From the NCBI GenBank assembly GCA_973851085.1, contig OZ316776.1, positions 124,001 to 188,000 of the forward strand: DNA of 64,000 nucleotides. Reading direction: 5' to 3'. Below, piece by piece: positions 26,411 through 41,030 of this stretch. Within the stretch, counting starts at the first letter, position 1; every line of letters begins with the position of its first letter. This DNA comes from Ptychomitrium polyphyllum. Taxonomy: Eukaryota. The position numbers and the translations under genes were made by a program. Under the pieces are notes generated by a model that saw only the letters and a program-made list of their open reading frames with translations, ran no database searches and had not been told where the DNA came from.

Positions 26411-27306
26411 GGCTGGGGGTGGGGTGGGGGACCGCGGGTGTTAACATGGCGCATCATTGTTGGGAGGCTGTAACTTCGCTTTGTTATGAATGCTCGCTTG
26501 TCTGCTGCGGCATTTTTTCGGCTGCGAACAGCAGAGCGCGCTGTCTTGCGATTAAGATTAGAAAGTGGTCTATCAGTAATTCTCTACGTTCTGATTCCAT
26601 AGTAACTTGCCTTCCGGAGCACATGCAACTCTGCGAGGACGTGCAGAGTGCATCTCGTTGAATTTGGATGGGAGGAGGTGGCATGAAGCTCTACTCCGCC
26701 AAACAATGATCTGTGCATGTGGCTGTGCACAATTTTCGCATCCCCAAGATTCTTTTAATAAGCGCAGGCATGTGCATATCGAAACTGGACTGTGGATTGA
26801 TTTGCTGTTGTACCACTCCTAGTACTTGAATACTATAATCGGTTATGATATTTAATGGAGTAGCCATGGCCACGAGCGACACAAGTTTAGGGTATGCGAG
26901 AATTTCATTTAAGTTTTAAAGTTATCTGTTCGATTGCTGAAAGTTGCACTTATCAGACCCTTCGAGCTTGGGCTTTTCCAGATATCGCTCGTGCACGTGA
27001 AGAGCGAACTAACTTAGCGAGAATGGTAACAAGTAACAAGCTCTTCGCTACTACACATCTTCTGCAGAGTTGAGCCTTGTTGATACCGATAAATCATCTG
27101 AGACAGATATAATAATCAGTTTGACAGTACTTTTACAGGCGTTGAGGGACAGCAATTTTCTTGCGGTTCACAGAACAGCTATAGCCCCTGAGTCAGTATT
27201 CCCCTTGTAAACTTCTGGTTATGGTGAATAGAGGATGCGCAATTATTCATGATTGCGCGGTGTGCAGGAGCTTCCAGAGCCGTCATAAATTGGACCCCAC
27301 CTGACG

Positions 27307-30300
27307 ATGGGGCGCTATCCAGAGGGTCCTAAACCCTGCCACGATGAGGCAACATGTCACGTCAGGATCACCAGTATGCGAGATGCGGGTCCAATTGTTC
27401 TTTTTGTCTTCTGGGGTTTTGTAATTTTCAGTTGCAGCGCTTTCATGTTGTGGAAATGGAGTCGTTCGTATTGGTTCCCAATTAAGCCAATTCTTATCCA
27501 AGGCAAAAGCTCAAGCGGAGTTCGCGAAGATGACAATGCGTCAAGGTAGCTACAATTTCTGAATCGAGAGGCAGTGAAGATGGACATTCTACAACTTGTT
27601 TTTCTTGGAATTTGCAAAACCGTAACAGAATAGGATTATTAGCTGTTGTGCTTTGCTTCGCACTCAACAGCATGTCTGTTACTTATGATCGAGCTGCCGA
27701 AATTCCAGAGACTTCTGTGAAGGTATCAGATCAATAGTTGTAGGCTGCTTCTGATTTGGATGACTTTGATGTTTGTTTGACAATCTGCAGCGATCCAGAG
27801 GGCATTTCCAAGTGCACCTCCAGGACGGAAGAGGTTCGTGTGGAGTTGGAAGGGGACAGAGAGCTTCTAATCACAGGGTATAGATGGACTTACTTTGGAG
27901 AGTTTTGTTATTTCCTATGCTCTCTAGTATCACTTCATTGGATTGCACTCTATGTATTGATTTTGGTAGATACCTACAACAAGTGCGAGGTAGGCGGCAT
28001 CGATAACCTCTGTTTTTTCGGCAACAACGTCATCTTTGGTACCTACGAGTTTAATAGCAAGGTTCGTTCTTCGATTTTGTTTTCATTTTCATTTTTATGT
28101 TTTAAGCTTTTTGGGGTTCAGGTGTGCTCAATACTGCACCAAATTCATGCAATCGCTTAGTCTTGAAAACAAGATGGGACTCTATGGATAGCCTCGTATT
28201 TCGACTTCCAAAGATTCTTCCAGCAAGACATCATGAAAGTAGGGCACAGTGCAGGGCACAAAGCAGGGCACTAGGCAACGGAAGTTGCATCATGGTCGAT
28301 TTGGACTTTGTCCTCCCTGCAGTTCTCAAATCAATTCGAGAAGTAGATCCATTGTAAATCTTAATTAGCAATACAATTAGGTCACTCTTGGTACTTTTGG
28401 CGTTTCCGAAATGCTCAAGAATCTATCACGATTAATATTGATAATTGACGAGTGTGAAAGGATAGTGAGTTGTGGATAATTTCTCGACTTGTCTGTGATT
28501 CCACAGGTATTCTTTGTTGTATGGTGGCTGTCTACCTTCTGGTTTACAGCCTGGGTGCTCAATAAAGGAAAGGTGCACAACTGCTTTCGCATGGCATGTG
28601 ACCTTTCCCAGGCGACTGTGGTGAATGTGTGGGCACAAGATCAGCGAGAATTTCTTTCTATTAATGTTTTCTTCCTCGTCCGTGTTCTACATCGAGCCAA
28701 GGTATGCCTCGGGATTAAAATTTATCCTTTTTCTGTTACATCAACATTACATGAATGAATTCAGTATGATTCATCAGGATACGTTATCATGTTAGCAGAT
28801 CACATGGAATTCGCTGCAAAAATCACTTCCCTATTCCTCATCTTTGTGACTGGTCTTATTTTCCCATTGATGATATACATTCTATTTTGCAGAGTTCGTT
28901 AACACCCGCAGAAACTCGGGGTTACTTTGAAACTATTGATATATCCACTACAAGTCTGGGTCAAAGATACTTTGTCTTGCGAGGGCAGCGATACTTGGTG
29001 AATGGTAAACAACTGCAACGTGCGTTTCTAGAAGTCGGAACCCGGCAATCAGACTTCTACCAGGTTTTGCCTTGTCTCAAAATCTTGTTCTATATCGAAA
29101 GAAGCGAAGGCTATCGAGGTTATCAACGTCGGTTGTTTCTGAAATGCAAGACATGCGAATTTTCAGTATGATCGTATATACGAAGATTACATAGCTTCTT
29201 TTACCTTCTTTTGAAGCCACTTCATCAACCCATCTCATAACGAATACAAATAATCGACTATTGACTATATCTTGTTTTTAAATATGCAGGCAGCTACTGG
29301 GCTTACAACTAAGGAGGCAGAGTCTCGTCTGGAGAAAGTGGGCTTCAACGAAATTCCATTCAAGCCTGAGACGTTGATGTTTACAATTATTGATGAGCTC
29401 TTTTCACTCTTTCATGTTTACCAGCTTGTCATGTATATGCTTCAGTTCTGGAACAGCTACCTTTTTGTGGCATCTCTTATGACCGGCATAGTGCTGCTGA
29501 GTGCTTCTATCACCATATACGCACGAAGACGAAGCCAACTTGCAATTGCAAAGGTCTATCGCTGGAGTTACGATTTCTGCTAACTGAATTAGTTCTTGAG
29601 GGTCTTTTATTCACATTGTATGGAAAACATGGTGCTTGATCTTCCGCACCCTAACGCGTTTATAACCCAGACCTCTGCACTGGTGCAGGTAACAGAGTAT
29701 GTCACGGAAACGCCTGTATTTCGCGATGGAGAATGGGTGAATCTTCGTTCAAGCAAACTTGTCCCAGGAGACCTTGTCAGAATTAAGAGTGATTGGTTAT
29801 TACCCTGCGACCTTCTGATTATTAAAGGTGTGAGCCTTACCTTGCACGGTCTAAAGTATTTCCAGCTTGTGTACAACATTTAAAAACTAGGATGACTGCA
29901 CAGTTGGTACTATCACTTCTTCAGGTCCCATCTTTTATTTTCTTTTACTAAAAACATTCTGCATCTTTGTGGCTCGAACTTCTCAGACGCTAGTGCTATC
30001 TCTTCAGGTTGATTTGACTCAATTCAGGTAGTCCTCCTTTCTCTAGGTTGATAGAATGCTTAGACAGTCTAAGATACTCTTCATGTATAGCATCACCCAT
30101 ATCATCTATTTGGTAAATGTTATAGTAAATTAATCTTTGAGGTCCGTTTGCAGGTTCTTGTGTTTGTAATGAAAGTGCTCTAACTGGGGAAGCTATGCCT
30201 GTACAAAAATATATGGCTTCCAACAACACAGAGCGCTACAACCCCGAGGGTCATGGTTCTCGTCATACGCTCTTCTCCGGGACCACCGTACTTCAGGCGG

Positions 30301-33300
30301 GTAGCCAAAGTCAAGACGATGTTCTCGCAGTAGTGACATCTACAGGTAAATCATTGTCACGCAATCTGTTTCATGATGAAACACACATTTTAATTAGGAG
30401 TCTTAAAGCGATTTGCAAATAAATTCTTCCAGTTGTTATTCTCCAGCATTGAAGTACACCTGTTTTAACAGTGTTGGGCGAGTTGTAAGGCCTCCACGTT
30501 AGTACAATGGATTAATGTTCTCCTTGAGATAGTTTCATCTGCAAACCTAAAACCAGGCTTAGGACAAAGGACTATTTAACTCCCAGATTATGTTAGAAAG
30601 TTAAAGGTAGCAGTTCGTAGACTCCAGGAACATGTTGTCACGTTTTAACACTGAAACCTGACAGGAACATTGTCTTAGTACACCATTTATTAAGTTCTGT
30701 GACACATCTGTTCTCCCCAGGCATGGCTACTTCAAAAGGAGAGTTATTGGCTAGTATCTTATATCCAGAGAAGATGCTATTTAAGTACGATGAGGAGCTG
30801 CCAATTGTCGTCTTGCTGCTCTTAGCATACGGAATAATCTGCTTCGTTATCTCCATATTTTTTCAGGTGTCCGTAATCAATTGTCATGATACTAAAAATC
30901 GTTTTACTTTGTTCAATGCAAGTATTCGCTGCATAATTTTTTTTGCTTGGACTGAAGTGCTCGTCTCGCAGAATCATACTGGGGCGCAAAGCTATTGGGT
31001 AACTAAGTGGATATATTGCATGGCCATACTAAACCAAATTATGTCTCCGCTTCTCCCTGTGGCTCTCGAAGTTGGCCAACTGCACGCAGTGGAGCGCCTG
31101 AAGGTATCTATTTTCGGCAACTTCTCGGGAGAAATGGGATCCATATTAGCAAAGTGTTGAAATATTGTGTCTGATTGGGTCTCATCAGTTCTTAATATCG
31201 AGACATCCTTTCCAGGCGAGTTCTTCATTAACTTCAAATCATTACATGACGGGTCATTGTTTTTCAGGCTCGTGGCATCTATTGTTTGAATCCGAAGCGT
31301 ATAGCAATTGCTGGAAAGATTCGAGTATTTTGTTTTGACAAGACCGGGACTCTCACCAAACAAGGTCTAGATTTTATTGGCGCACAGAGTGTTGTTAGAT
31401 CAATTAATTTCGAACCTGCTTTTGGGCTCTTGAAAACGCCAGCTAATGGAGATGATATGGAGCCTTCTACGCTTCATGGATTAGCTACCTGCCATGCTGT
31501 TAGCAAGTTTGGTGACAGGTTTGTCGGTAATCAAGTGGATGTAAGTTTTCAAAGTCATTGGGCTGAAACCACATTTCATTTTGTCCATCTTTTGTCAAGA
31601 CTTTTTAACCCTTTAATCTTTCTTTATCTGAGAGATTCTTCTGCCTTGTGTTCCAGTTCTCTCTACAGGAATCAGTTTGTGGTTGTGAGACTGGAAAAGT
31701 AATAGCCAGCGTTAACACTTGAGTTTCTTGATCCATAGGTGATGATGTTCTCTTCTGTTGGTTGGGAGCTTGTGGAGGAAGCCAACGAAGCACCATGTGT
31801 CCGTAGCGCTTCTGGAAAAGTGCTCAAAATAGTGAAACGTAATGAGTTTGACCATGCACGAACTACAATGAGTGTTGTTGTGCAAGATGGAGAAGGTCGC
31901 TTACATGTGTACTGCAAGGTAATTTGCTGTCGACAATTCAATGGTATTAAATTTTACCTTTGCCAGATCATGTATTTACCAATTAATGTCTTAGATTATC
32001 TCAGAAAAGAATTAAGTTTGCAATTTTACCTTCTGTTGGAAGTGTTTCGCGCCTAGAAGTATATTATTGCCCTGGGGTTCTGGTTACACGGTAGTGTTGG
32101 CAGTACATTCCCAAAGCTTTGCTTTATGTTTTACGTGGAGTATATTGGATCAGGGATCCTTTGAGAAAATAAGGGAGTTAAGCGCTTCTCAGAGTCTTCC
32201 TGCGAACTACATGCATACCGCCCGCCAGCACGCCCTTGATGGCTGTTACGTACTTGGTCTAGGATATAGGTATGATGAGTTCCTTCTTGTATTCTGATAT
32301 TTGTCGGCCTGATTCGGTCCTGCACATGCACTCATGACATAGTTTCGGACGATTTCTACTTCAAAACAAGTGTTGGTGCAGAAGTTAGAACTTCAAAGCT
32401 GGTTCAACGAAGATCTTATTGTCCTTGCCTATTCGATATCATATAATATTTGGCATCAAACATGTTGAATGTCAACGCCTGTTACTTCGACTGAGTTTTA
32501 AGTTCTTTAAACCGATTCGTGGGTGCCTCAGAACTGGTAGGCTTTAAGACTGAACTTATCTGGTTGTGTATTGCAGAAGCCTTGGATTTAATTACAATTT
32601 TGAGAGGGTACAAAAATTATCGCAAGACGAATTGGAGAAAGATCTAGAGTTTGTGGCACTCATTTTATTTCGAAATGAACCGAAACCTGACAGTCGGAGT
32701 GCAATTGAAGCTTTGAAGGAGGGTGAGGTAAAATTTCCAGGAAAAAGACACTACTAGCATCCGTTGTTTATCATGGATTGAGTGCAATTCAGCCAGTACT
32801 CTGTAAGTATTTTTGGAATCTGTCATTTGATTATCTCAGAACGCGTTATTGTTGTGAGACTATAAAATGATGATGCTCAAGTCTTTTTCAAGCCAATGAA
32901 CGATCGTCCAGTCACTGCCAATTCATGCTTGTCGTCTGTTGTACTACAGGTTCGCCCAGTTATGGTGACAGGAGATAATGCCCAATGTGGCCATTATATT
33001 GCAAAGCAGTGCATGATGATTGCTCCAGACGTTCGTGTTTTGCTAGGTGATATTGATGTTGATGGCAGGTATCGGTCATGGCTCACTCTATTTTTTGAGC
33101 AATGAATTGGTGTTTGAAACTTCATCGTGCGTTTGTTTGGAAAGTGGCTGGTGGTTGAAATGACTGATAAAACTCCTAGACTCTAGATATCTATCTTTCC
33201 AGTTTTACATGATTCTGGTTTTTACCAGTGTTAGCTGGAGACCCATGAATGTGGAGCAAGTGGACAGCAACACCCGACCTCTGAGTACCGAGGTATTACT

Positions 33301-35898
33301 AAGAGAACAGACAAAGGGACTTGAAGAGGGTTTGCAAGAATTGGCAGTGACTGGGCGAGCATTCACTGCCTTGAGAAGGTCCGAGGCCATGGACAGGCTA
33401 CTGTATTTTACTCGAATTTATGCACGTTTCACTCCTGCTGACAAGGTGACCACAGCTGAGAATTAGTTCATTTCATAATTATTAAATTCCAATTTTGTTT
33501 AAAACGAGAAACTTGAGATGAGACTGATGGAGATTAAGAAACCGTATCCTTGCAATTATGTTATTTTCTTAAGTTGATGACGTCGCTGTTTAGTACCTGT
33601 ACAATGAAGTTTAAGGTGATACATGGGAACAGGTTACTACTCAGATAATTGAACACTATGTGAGCTCATCCCAAAGCATTTTTTTTAAATACTTTATTTT
33701 TGAAATTGATCAAGCAACACCAAATTATAGTAGTGATGCATCCTACGTATGTTCAAGGTAATTGTTGTATTCGTTGAGCAGGTAGGTTTGAGAACTGAGT
33801 CTGGATCTTTCCAGGTGCTAGTGGCGAATATGCATCGAGATAGCGGCCTGATAGTAGGCATGTGTGGAGACGGAGGCAACGACTGTGGTGCACTTCGGAC
33901 TGCTCACGCAGGAATAGCGTTGAGTGAAGCAGAGGCATCAGTAGTTTCGCCATTCACATCCCAAGATAAATCAGTAAGAGAACCTTCATATCACGAGTAT
34001 GATCTTCTTCCGTGAGTCGTAAGGTCTTCAATTTATTTTTCCTTGGTCACAGAAATTTCACAATTCTCCAGTCTTCGCTTAAGGTGATTTAATGGCGGTT
34101 CAGTAAAATTTACACATATGTTTATAATTTCGGACTTGTGTCTTTCCTATTCTTGGAACAGGTGACTTCAGTAGTCGAGTTGTTGAGGGAAGGACGTGGG
34201 GCATTGCACACATCCTTTGCGTGTTACAAGTTTTTGATTACGTATGGTCTTATGTTTTCCATCCTCAAGCTTTGTGTTTACTGGTGAGACTCCTCGATTT
34301 GACAACCATTGAAAAGAAAATAAAAAAGTCTTTCCTGATTGAGAGTTATGAAAATCATAACTTTTTGGATATTTTGCTTTATATTCTGTGCTGTTTTGGT
34401 CCAGGTATGGTATCATATTATGTCAGATGGATTACATATTTATTGATGGAGTTGCAGTCTTGAGCTTGGGTTATGCCATGACTCTAAGCTATCCAGAAGA
34501 CAAGCTCGCGAAGGTTTTTTCTGAATTCCTGTGCACCCCTTTCAATGTGTATCGATCTCCATATCATTTGAATTACTAAAATTGCTACATCAAGTTTTTC
34601 AACGTGACAGCAGACAGCTGGTTTCCTGGCAGGTGCGCCCAACATCGAGTCTTCTAGGCCCTCTAAACGTGGCATCAGTTGTGGGAGTGTGGGTAATCAA
34701 TCTTTTGTATTTGGTGGGAGCTTTAGGCTTCATGCTCAGCCATGCTGATTATGTCAAGTGGCCGGCAGTGTGAGTTTTCAGTGTACCCGTGCACATGTTT
34801 TGAAAGTCTGCATTGATTTGACAACCTAATGACTGTTCTGTTGGATGTCGGTTTTTCTTTACTGCGAAGGTTGTTTAGGACATGCTGCTACCATTATTCA
34901 TTGGTCCGCTAGAGTAATTCAAGTAGTCTTTCTTATCCCTAGCTCTAGCTATTCCTCAGAAGAATTTACAATAAAACTGTATGGCATGCAGCTATTCTCA
35001 TGGTGCAAGCTGGTGGACACTGGGTGATAATTGGGAGTCAACCGTTATTTTCTTTGTTATGTACTTCCAATTCATCACATCGGCATTTGTGTTTACTTTT
35101 GGATCAGTATTCCGCAAGAATGTTTTCAAGAATTGGTTTTTGATGGTAAGTGGGTTTGATTTTGACATATCGTGCGTCCAATTTTACAGTGTTGCGCTGT
35201 TGTAAAGCTTTAATTTGTCGATTTTTCAAACCGCTAATTCATGCATTTAATAGTTCGCACAAGTTGTTATGTGCGGGCCAGTGCAACTACACGTCTAATG
35301 GTCATTGCAGGTGTCGTATGGAGGACTACTAGTGTTTATGTCTGCTCTTTTGCTCCTGCCGCATAGTGGTTTTACCAGCCTTTGGCATGTTGCAAGCGAG
35401 CAATTCAACAAAATGAATAGTACCTCTCCTGTTTGGGTTGCATACCAGGTAAATTCTCGACTTCTTAATTTAGGTAGATTAGATATTGAGTAACTACATG
35501 CATTCTTTCTGCGAACTCATTTTTTCTGAAACTGTTCGATGCATGATATGATCCCCAGACACATGGACGTAGTCCCTCACCTGCCATGCCTTTCAAGTTT
35601 CGGTTCCAGTTGTGGTGGCTAATCATGACAAACTTAGTCGTCATCATCCTGTGGCAAAAGGTATCACAAACACACACACCTTCAACATCGTCCAGAAGCA
35701 CCATTTAAATGAGGAACGTGCATACAACTACCGAAATGAGTTTATTAACGATGGTACCTTCTATCTTCTTAGATTCTCTAAGTTGTACTGTAAAGGAGTT
35801 GCGTAACTATCAGTTGTGCGCAGGTTATTGCAGAAGGACCAGTTGCCAAAGCGTTCGCCAACAGGTTCCCTTCACAACGTCAAAAGTTTCGTATTTAA
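27307..35898 (+). CDS. P5-type (P5B/ATP13A-like) P-type ATPase, 23 coding exons
   Basis: Exons 27307-27545, 27791-28061, 28507-28701, 28893-29063, 29290-29553, 29689-29827, 30154-30345, 30721-30866, 30972-31103, 31268-31540, 31739-31918, 32154-32269, 32577-32727, 32950-33068, 33229-33445, 33815-33973, 34162-34283, 34405-34513, 34633-34769, 34992-35145, 35311-35448, 35559-35660, 35824-35898. Motifs [72 protein letters not shown]; in-frame stop upstream of the ATG. Confidence 0.93.
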
Positions 35899-38800
35899 AT
35901 CATACCATAGTATACATTAATGATAACCACCCATGTAAATATTTTATATATTGTTGTTTCATTAAGTGTCTCAGTTAAGAACACACTTCTGTAGTGGAAG
36001 AATGTGTTTTGACTGATGGTTGACAAGATGCACTGTAGTATTTCGCAAAACCCCTCCAGTGATTGACTTTTAAAGTATCTGGGGAAGTAGATGCGCCGGT
36101 ATGCCTTTCTCGATCCTGAACCCTTACAAACATTTTCTAAGACTAGCACTCCTCTGATTTCTGTAATCGGATTAGTAAGATATTCTACTCATCAGACTCA
36201 GTGGTCATTTTTGGACAGCTCACGTGACTGAGATTATGCCAGATGATCTAATCAAATCTACTTAAATTAAGAAGGTTAAAGTAACTACAAGTTTTGAATT
36301 TAATCTTGTGTGTGTACTGAATGTTTTTTTAATTGTGTGCACAACTTGGATGGGTCATCAGACGCAAACAATTGCAATGTTTCCCTTACAGCAAGCAAAA
36401 GAAAGTTGGGCCTTTGTTTGTATTTGTTTAAGATAGCTGCAGCGACACTCTAGCTGATGGTGACACGGCCTGAAGGACTTCTCTCGCCTCATATCTACTG
36501 GTTTGTGCTCAAGAAGCTTATTGACTCTTTATGAATGTAACCACAGAACCCATATTACTTTGTGTGATGCTGAAGATAAAAGCTGAATCACTCTTAAATT
36601 GCTGTGGTGTTGCTGAAGAGAAATTACCAGTACTCAGGGGCAAGGGAGTTGAGCATAGTATAAGCTTGTGAAAAAGTTTTCAATCTCGGCATGCTTGACA
36701 AATGCAGATCACCAGGAACTTCATGTTCGATGTAAAGGGCACTAGCAAGATCAAGTGCATAGACACTCCAACTGCTGATACAAATATGTAAATACCATAT
36801 GACAATTCTATAATCAAAGATTATTTCTTGAGTATAAAACTAATGCTATCAACTTACAACCTGAGCATATGTGTGCACTTTCGATGCAACCAGGTGAGGA
36901 GTTTGTATATAATTTAGGCACAAACTTGGGAACCATAACCATATCTTTTTCAATGATGTACAACATAATCAGAACTTAATTTTAAAATGTATGCAATATA
37001 TACATGGCATGTTGAAAGTAGGAGGGAGACAATTGTAAGTGTTTGAAACCTTTAGTCACAATGCTAGCAATTCAAATAGAATCTTTGAAAATTCCAAGAA
37101 CATTTGTAAGCCTTCTTTCCATTAAGTATTAGATGTTAATTTAAAGTTATATATTGTGTTTCATGTCAATTCAATCAAGTCTTTCCAAGAGAAAAATATG
37201 TACTTGGCTTCCAATGTATAGAAGCCCATTGGTAACTAACAAATAGAAGAATATTGGTAGTTCTTGATTTATAAAAACTGATAGAAGGAGAGTACTTGAA
37301 AGTATCTATAGTCAATAAAAGAGTATTAGTAGCTCATACTTTATAAGAGATGGAAATGGAAGAATACTTACAATAACCAAGAAAAATACATAAGAATTAT
37401 GATTCACTAAATTATAGAAGCATATTTTACTAGTATGAAAAAAAATAGCTTGATTGATAATACAAGATACAACATATCCTCAATTCTTTTGGTTGAAGGT
37501 TTAAATACTATATCTCAAATCTTGTAATTATTTATCTACATTTGTTATGTGAATTAATAGAATAATAATATCATTCATAATTACCATTAAAGGATATCCA
37601 ATAGTACCGAGAGGAGGAGATTGGTAGTACTGGTAAAAGAAGTTCAATAGTACTAGGTATAAGATCCAATAGGCCAATAACATTATCCCCTTTTAGACTA
37701 AGTTTACTCTTAAAAACTCATATAATTGACTATTTTGAAATTTCCTAAAGGTAAAGTTGATAAGGTATCTGGAAAATAGAAGTAGAAATAGAATCAATAA
37801 GAGAGACAATGATTATAGGAGGGATAATAAGAAGAGAGAGAAGGTTTTGCATCATAAGAGGAGTAAACATATATGTACTTGTATGAGAGGAAGAAACTAA
37901 TACATAAGGATCAGCAATTATTGGTAGAAAATAAGAAGTAGTTGAAAGAAGAAGGTTGGAAGTGTTAGGATTGTTTAGAGGTTGTTTGGTAGCCATAGGT
38001 TAAACTATCAAAATACTCATCATCCAAATTGTAGAAACAAGGAGAAACAAGGGAGTTCATTACCGAGTGATTGTCTTTTCAATCCAAGAGGTTTGGTTGG
38101 TAGTGATGAATAATGACATTCTTGTTGTAAATGGCGGTGTAGGTATCATGAAGGCGCTAACAACTCTTTATAAGTTGTTTGAGCATTTTCTAGTACTAGT
38201 GGTCAATCTATTAGTGAAGTACCTTGTTGGTCTATGCCTATTGCTTGAAATAAGTGTACTTGGTAGTCAGTTGTTTGATTTATTGTTGAAGTTCAATTTT
38301 GGGAACGGGCTAGTTGTAAATGTCAAACAACTGCTTTAAAGTGAGTTTCGATTATGTAGTGAGCTTGGTAACAAATTACTGCTGGATTTAAATTGTTTGT
38401 TGGTTATGATTCCATTCCAAAATCAATGCCCAGATGTATTGTTTAATGCATTGAAGGACGCAATTGTATTGAATAAATGCAACAATGGTAGTACAACAAG
38501 CAAGAAGAGAGAGCAAAGTTGCAACAAAAGAAGTGTGAAGTAAGTTGATTCCTACTTCCAAAATCCCTTCACTTATATTTGGAAGTCATCCACCAAAATG
38601 TGCCACTAGGCGGCCATGCATTTGCCGCCACTAAATGAGTGCCAAGTGGCGGCTAACCATAACCGCCGTAGACGCCACTCTAATCCTAACAGCCGCCCTA
38701 ACTCTAAACACAATACAAAACTCTTGTTGCCTTTTCTTAACCCTAGCCTTCATATCCTCTGTGGCCTCCTTTTTGACACCCCTTTGACCATTAACAACCT

Positions 38801-41030
38801 ATCAAGTTCTAGTCCTACACAAGGAAACTTCAACTAGGATTACTTTATATGTTTCACACTTTACAACACTCCCACTTTCCTATTGGTCAAAGGACCTTTA
38901 ATCCAATTGACCTTGTCAATAACTGGTGTCTATCTTTTACCAATGTTTTTGTCAACAAATCAGCAAAGCATGCCCTCTATTGTACAATACCTCATACCTA
39001 TCACTCCATCTTTAATTTTTTCTTTGATGAAGTGATGTTGGATGTCAATGTGCTTTGTTTGTGAGTGATGCTTGGAATTCTTGGTAAAGGCAAGACATCC
39101 TTGATTGTCACACATGATGGGCGTTGCATCCACTTGTACAACTCCAATGTCTTCCAAGAGTTGCCTCAGCCACATTGCTTCCATTGCACCATGGCTTGCC
39201 GCCATGTACTCCGCCTCCATGGTTGACCTTGTAATTGTGGATTGCTTCTTGTAGTTCCAAGAAATGGCTCCCATTCCAACAAAGAACACATACCCCGTTG
39301 TGGAGCACCTATCATTTGCATCTCCAACCCAATCCGCATTATAAAACCCCTGCAACTCAATGTTATCACCTCCCAAACACAACACAAAGTCTAAGGTGCC
39401 CTTCAAATACCTCATGATCTTCTTGATGGTTGCCTAGTGCATGGGGCCGACCTTGGACATGTGTTGGCTCACAATACTCATCAAAAATGCAAGATCAAAC
39501 CTTGTGCCCACCATGGCATACATGAGGCACCCTACTCCTGCCTTATATGGAACGCCTTGCATTTTGCCCTCCACTTCAGCATACTCCTCATCACTTAGCT
39601 TCATCAATTTCAAGTTAGCCTCCAAGGGCGTTCCCACTGGCTTACAGTCTTCCATGTTGAATCGCTTTAACAGCTCTTCAATGTACTTCCTTTGGCTCAT
39701 GGTGATGGTCTTCTTTGTACGATCCCTCACAAACTCCACTCCAAGACAATAATACAACTCACCCAAATCACTCATATCAAATTCCTGCTTTAATTTGGCC
39801 TTCAACTACTCTAGCTTCTCCAAAAGGTTGGCCAACATGATCAAGTCATCTACAGAGAGGATTACAATCAACAAAAATTCCATGGTTTGCATTACATACA
39901 AGGAATGATCTGCCTCGCTTCTCTCAAACCCTTCCTTCCTAAAGAATGCATCAATGCGTTGGTACCATACCCTTGGTGATTGTTTCAACTTATATAAGGT
40001 CTTCTTCAACCTGCAAACAAGGAATTCCAAGCCTTCATGTACAAATCTTGGAGGTTGCTCCATGTAGATGTCTTCTTCCAAGTCTCCATTTAAAAAGGCC
40101 GCCTTCACATCCATCTGGTGGACCTCCAAGTTCATTGCCGTTGCTATGGCCACAAGGGTCCTAATGGTGGTGAACTTGGCTACAAGTGCAAATGTCTCAT
40201 TGAAGTCTACACCAGCAACTTGTGAATATCCTTTGGCAAGTAGTCTTGCCTTGTGCCTCACAATTGCACCTAAAGCATCCCTCTTGGTTCTAAACACCTA
40301 CTTGCAATCTATGGAAGAACGATTTGGAAGTAGGTGAGTCAAGTGCCATATGCCATTGTCCATGAGCAACTTGTATTCCTCTTCCATGGCCTTCTCCCAC
40401 TTCATGGCATCGTGAACTTCAAGGCATTGCACATAATTAAAGGATCAACAAGGAGGGCAACATTGGCATGTTCTACACTCACTTTGGAAAAGATGTGATT
40501 CTTCCATCATTCACCAGGTGGCCTCCTCTCCCTCATGGGATACCTCCTATCACTCATTGCAGGCCTCTCCTCTTGTAATACATCCACTTCTCCTTTACTT
40601 AGAGATTGATCCTCCTCTCTTGGATGAAGATGCTTACCATCATCTTGTGAGGCTCTTTTGTTGGTCTTAAGGATGGAAGTTGCCTTGCTATCCCCTTCCA
40701 TTGTTCCTTTACCTCCATCCACATCTCTACCTTCTTCCTTGGTTGAAGTGGAGGATGTGCCCACAATCACACCATTACTTCCACTAGGACACATCTCCAA
40801 GTGCTCACAAGCACTCTTATCCTCCAAAAACTCAACAATAAAACTCTTAATGAATTTTTTGCTCTCCACCTACATCAGCCTATACGCTTTGCTGCCCTCA
40901 CAATAATCAAAGAACATACACTTTGTATCCTTTGCATCAAGCGCGGATCTCATGCAATCTAGAACCTTTGCATATGCAAGGCATCCAAAGCTCTTCATGT
41001 GTGAAACACAAGGCTTTATACCACTGCAAG

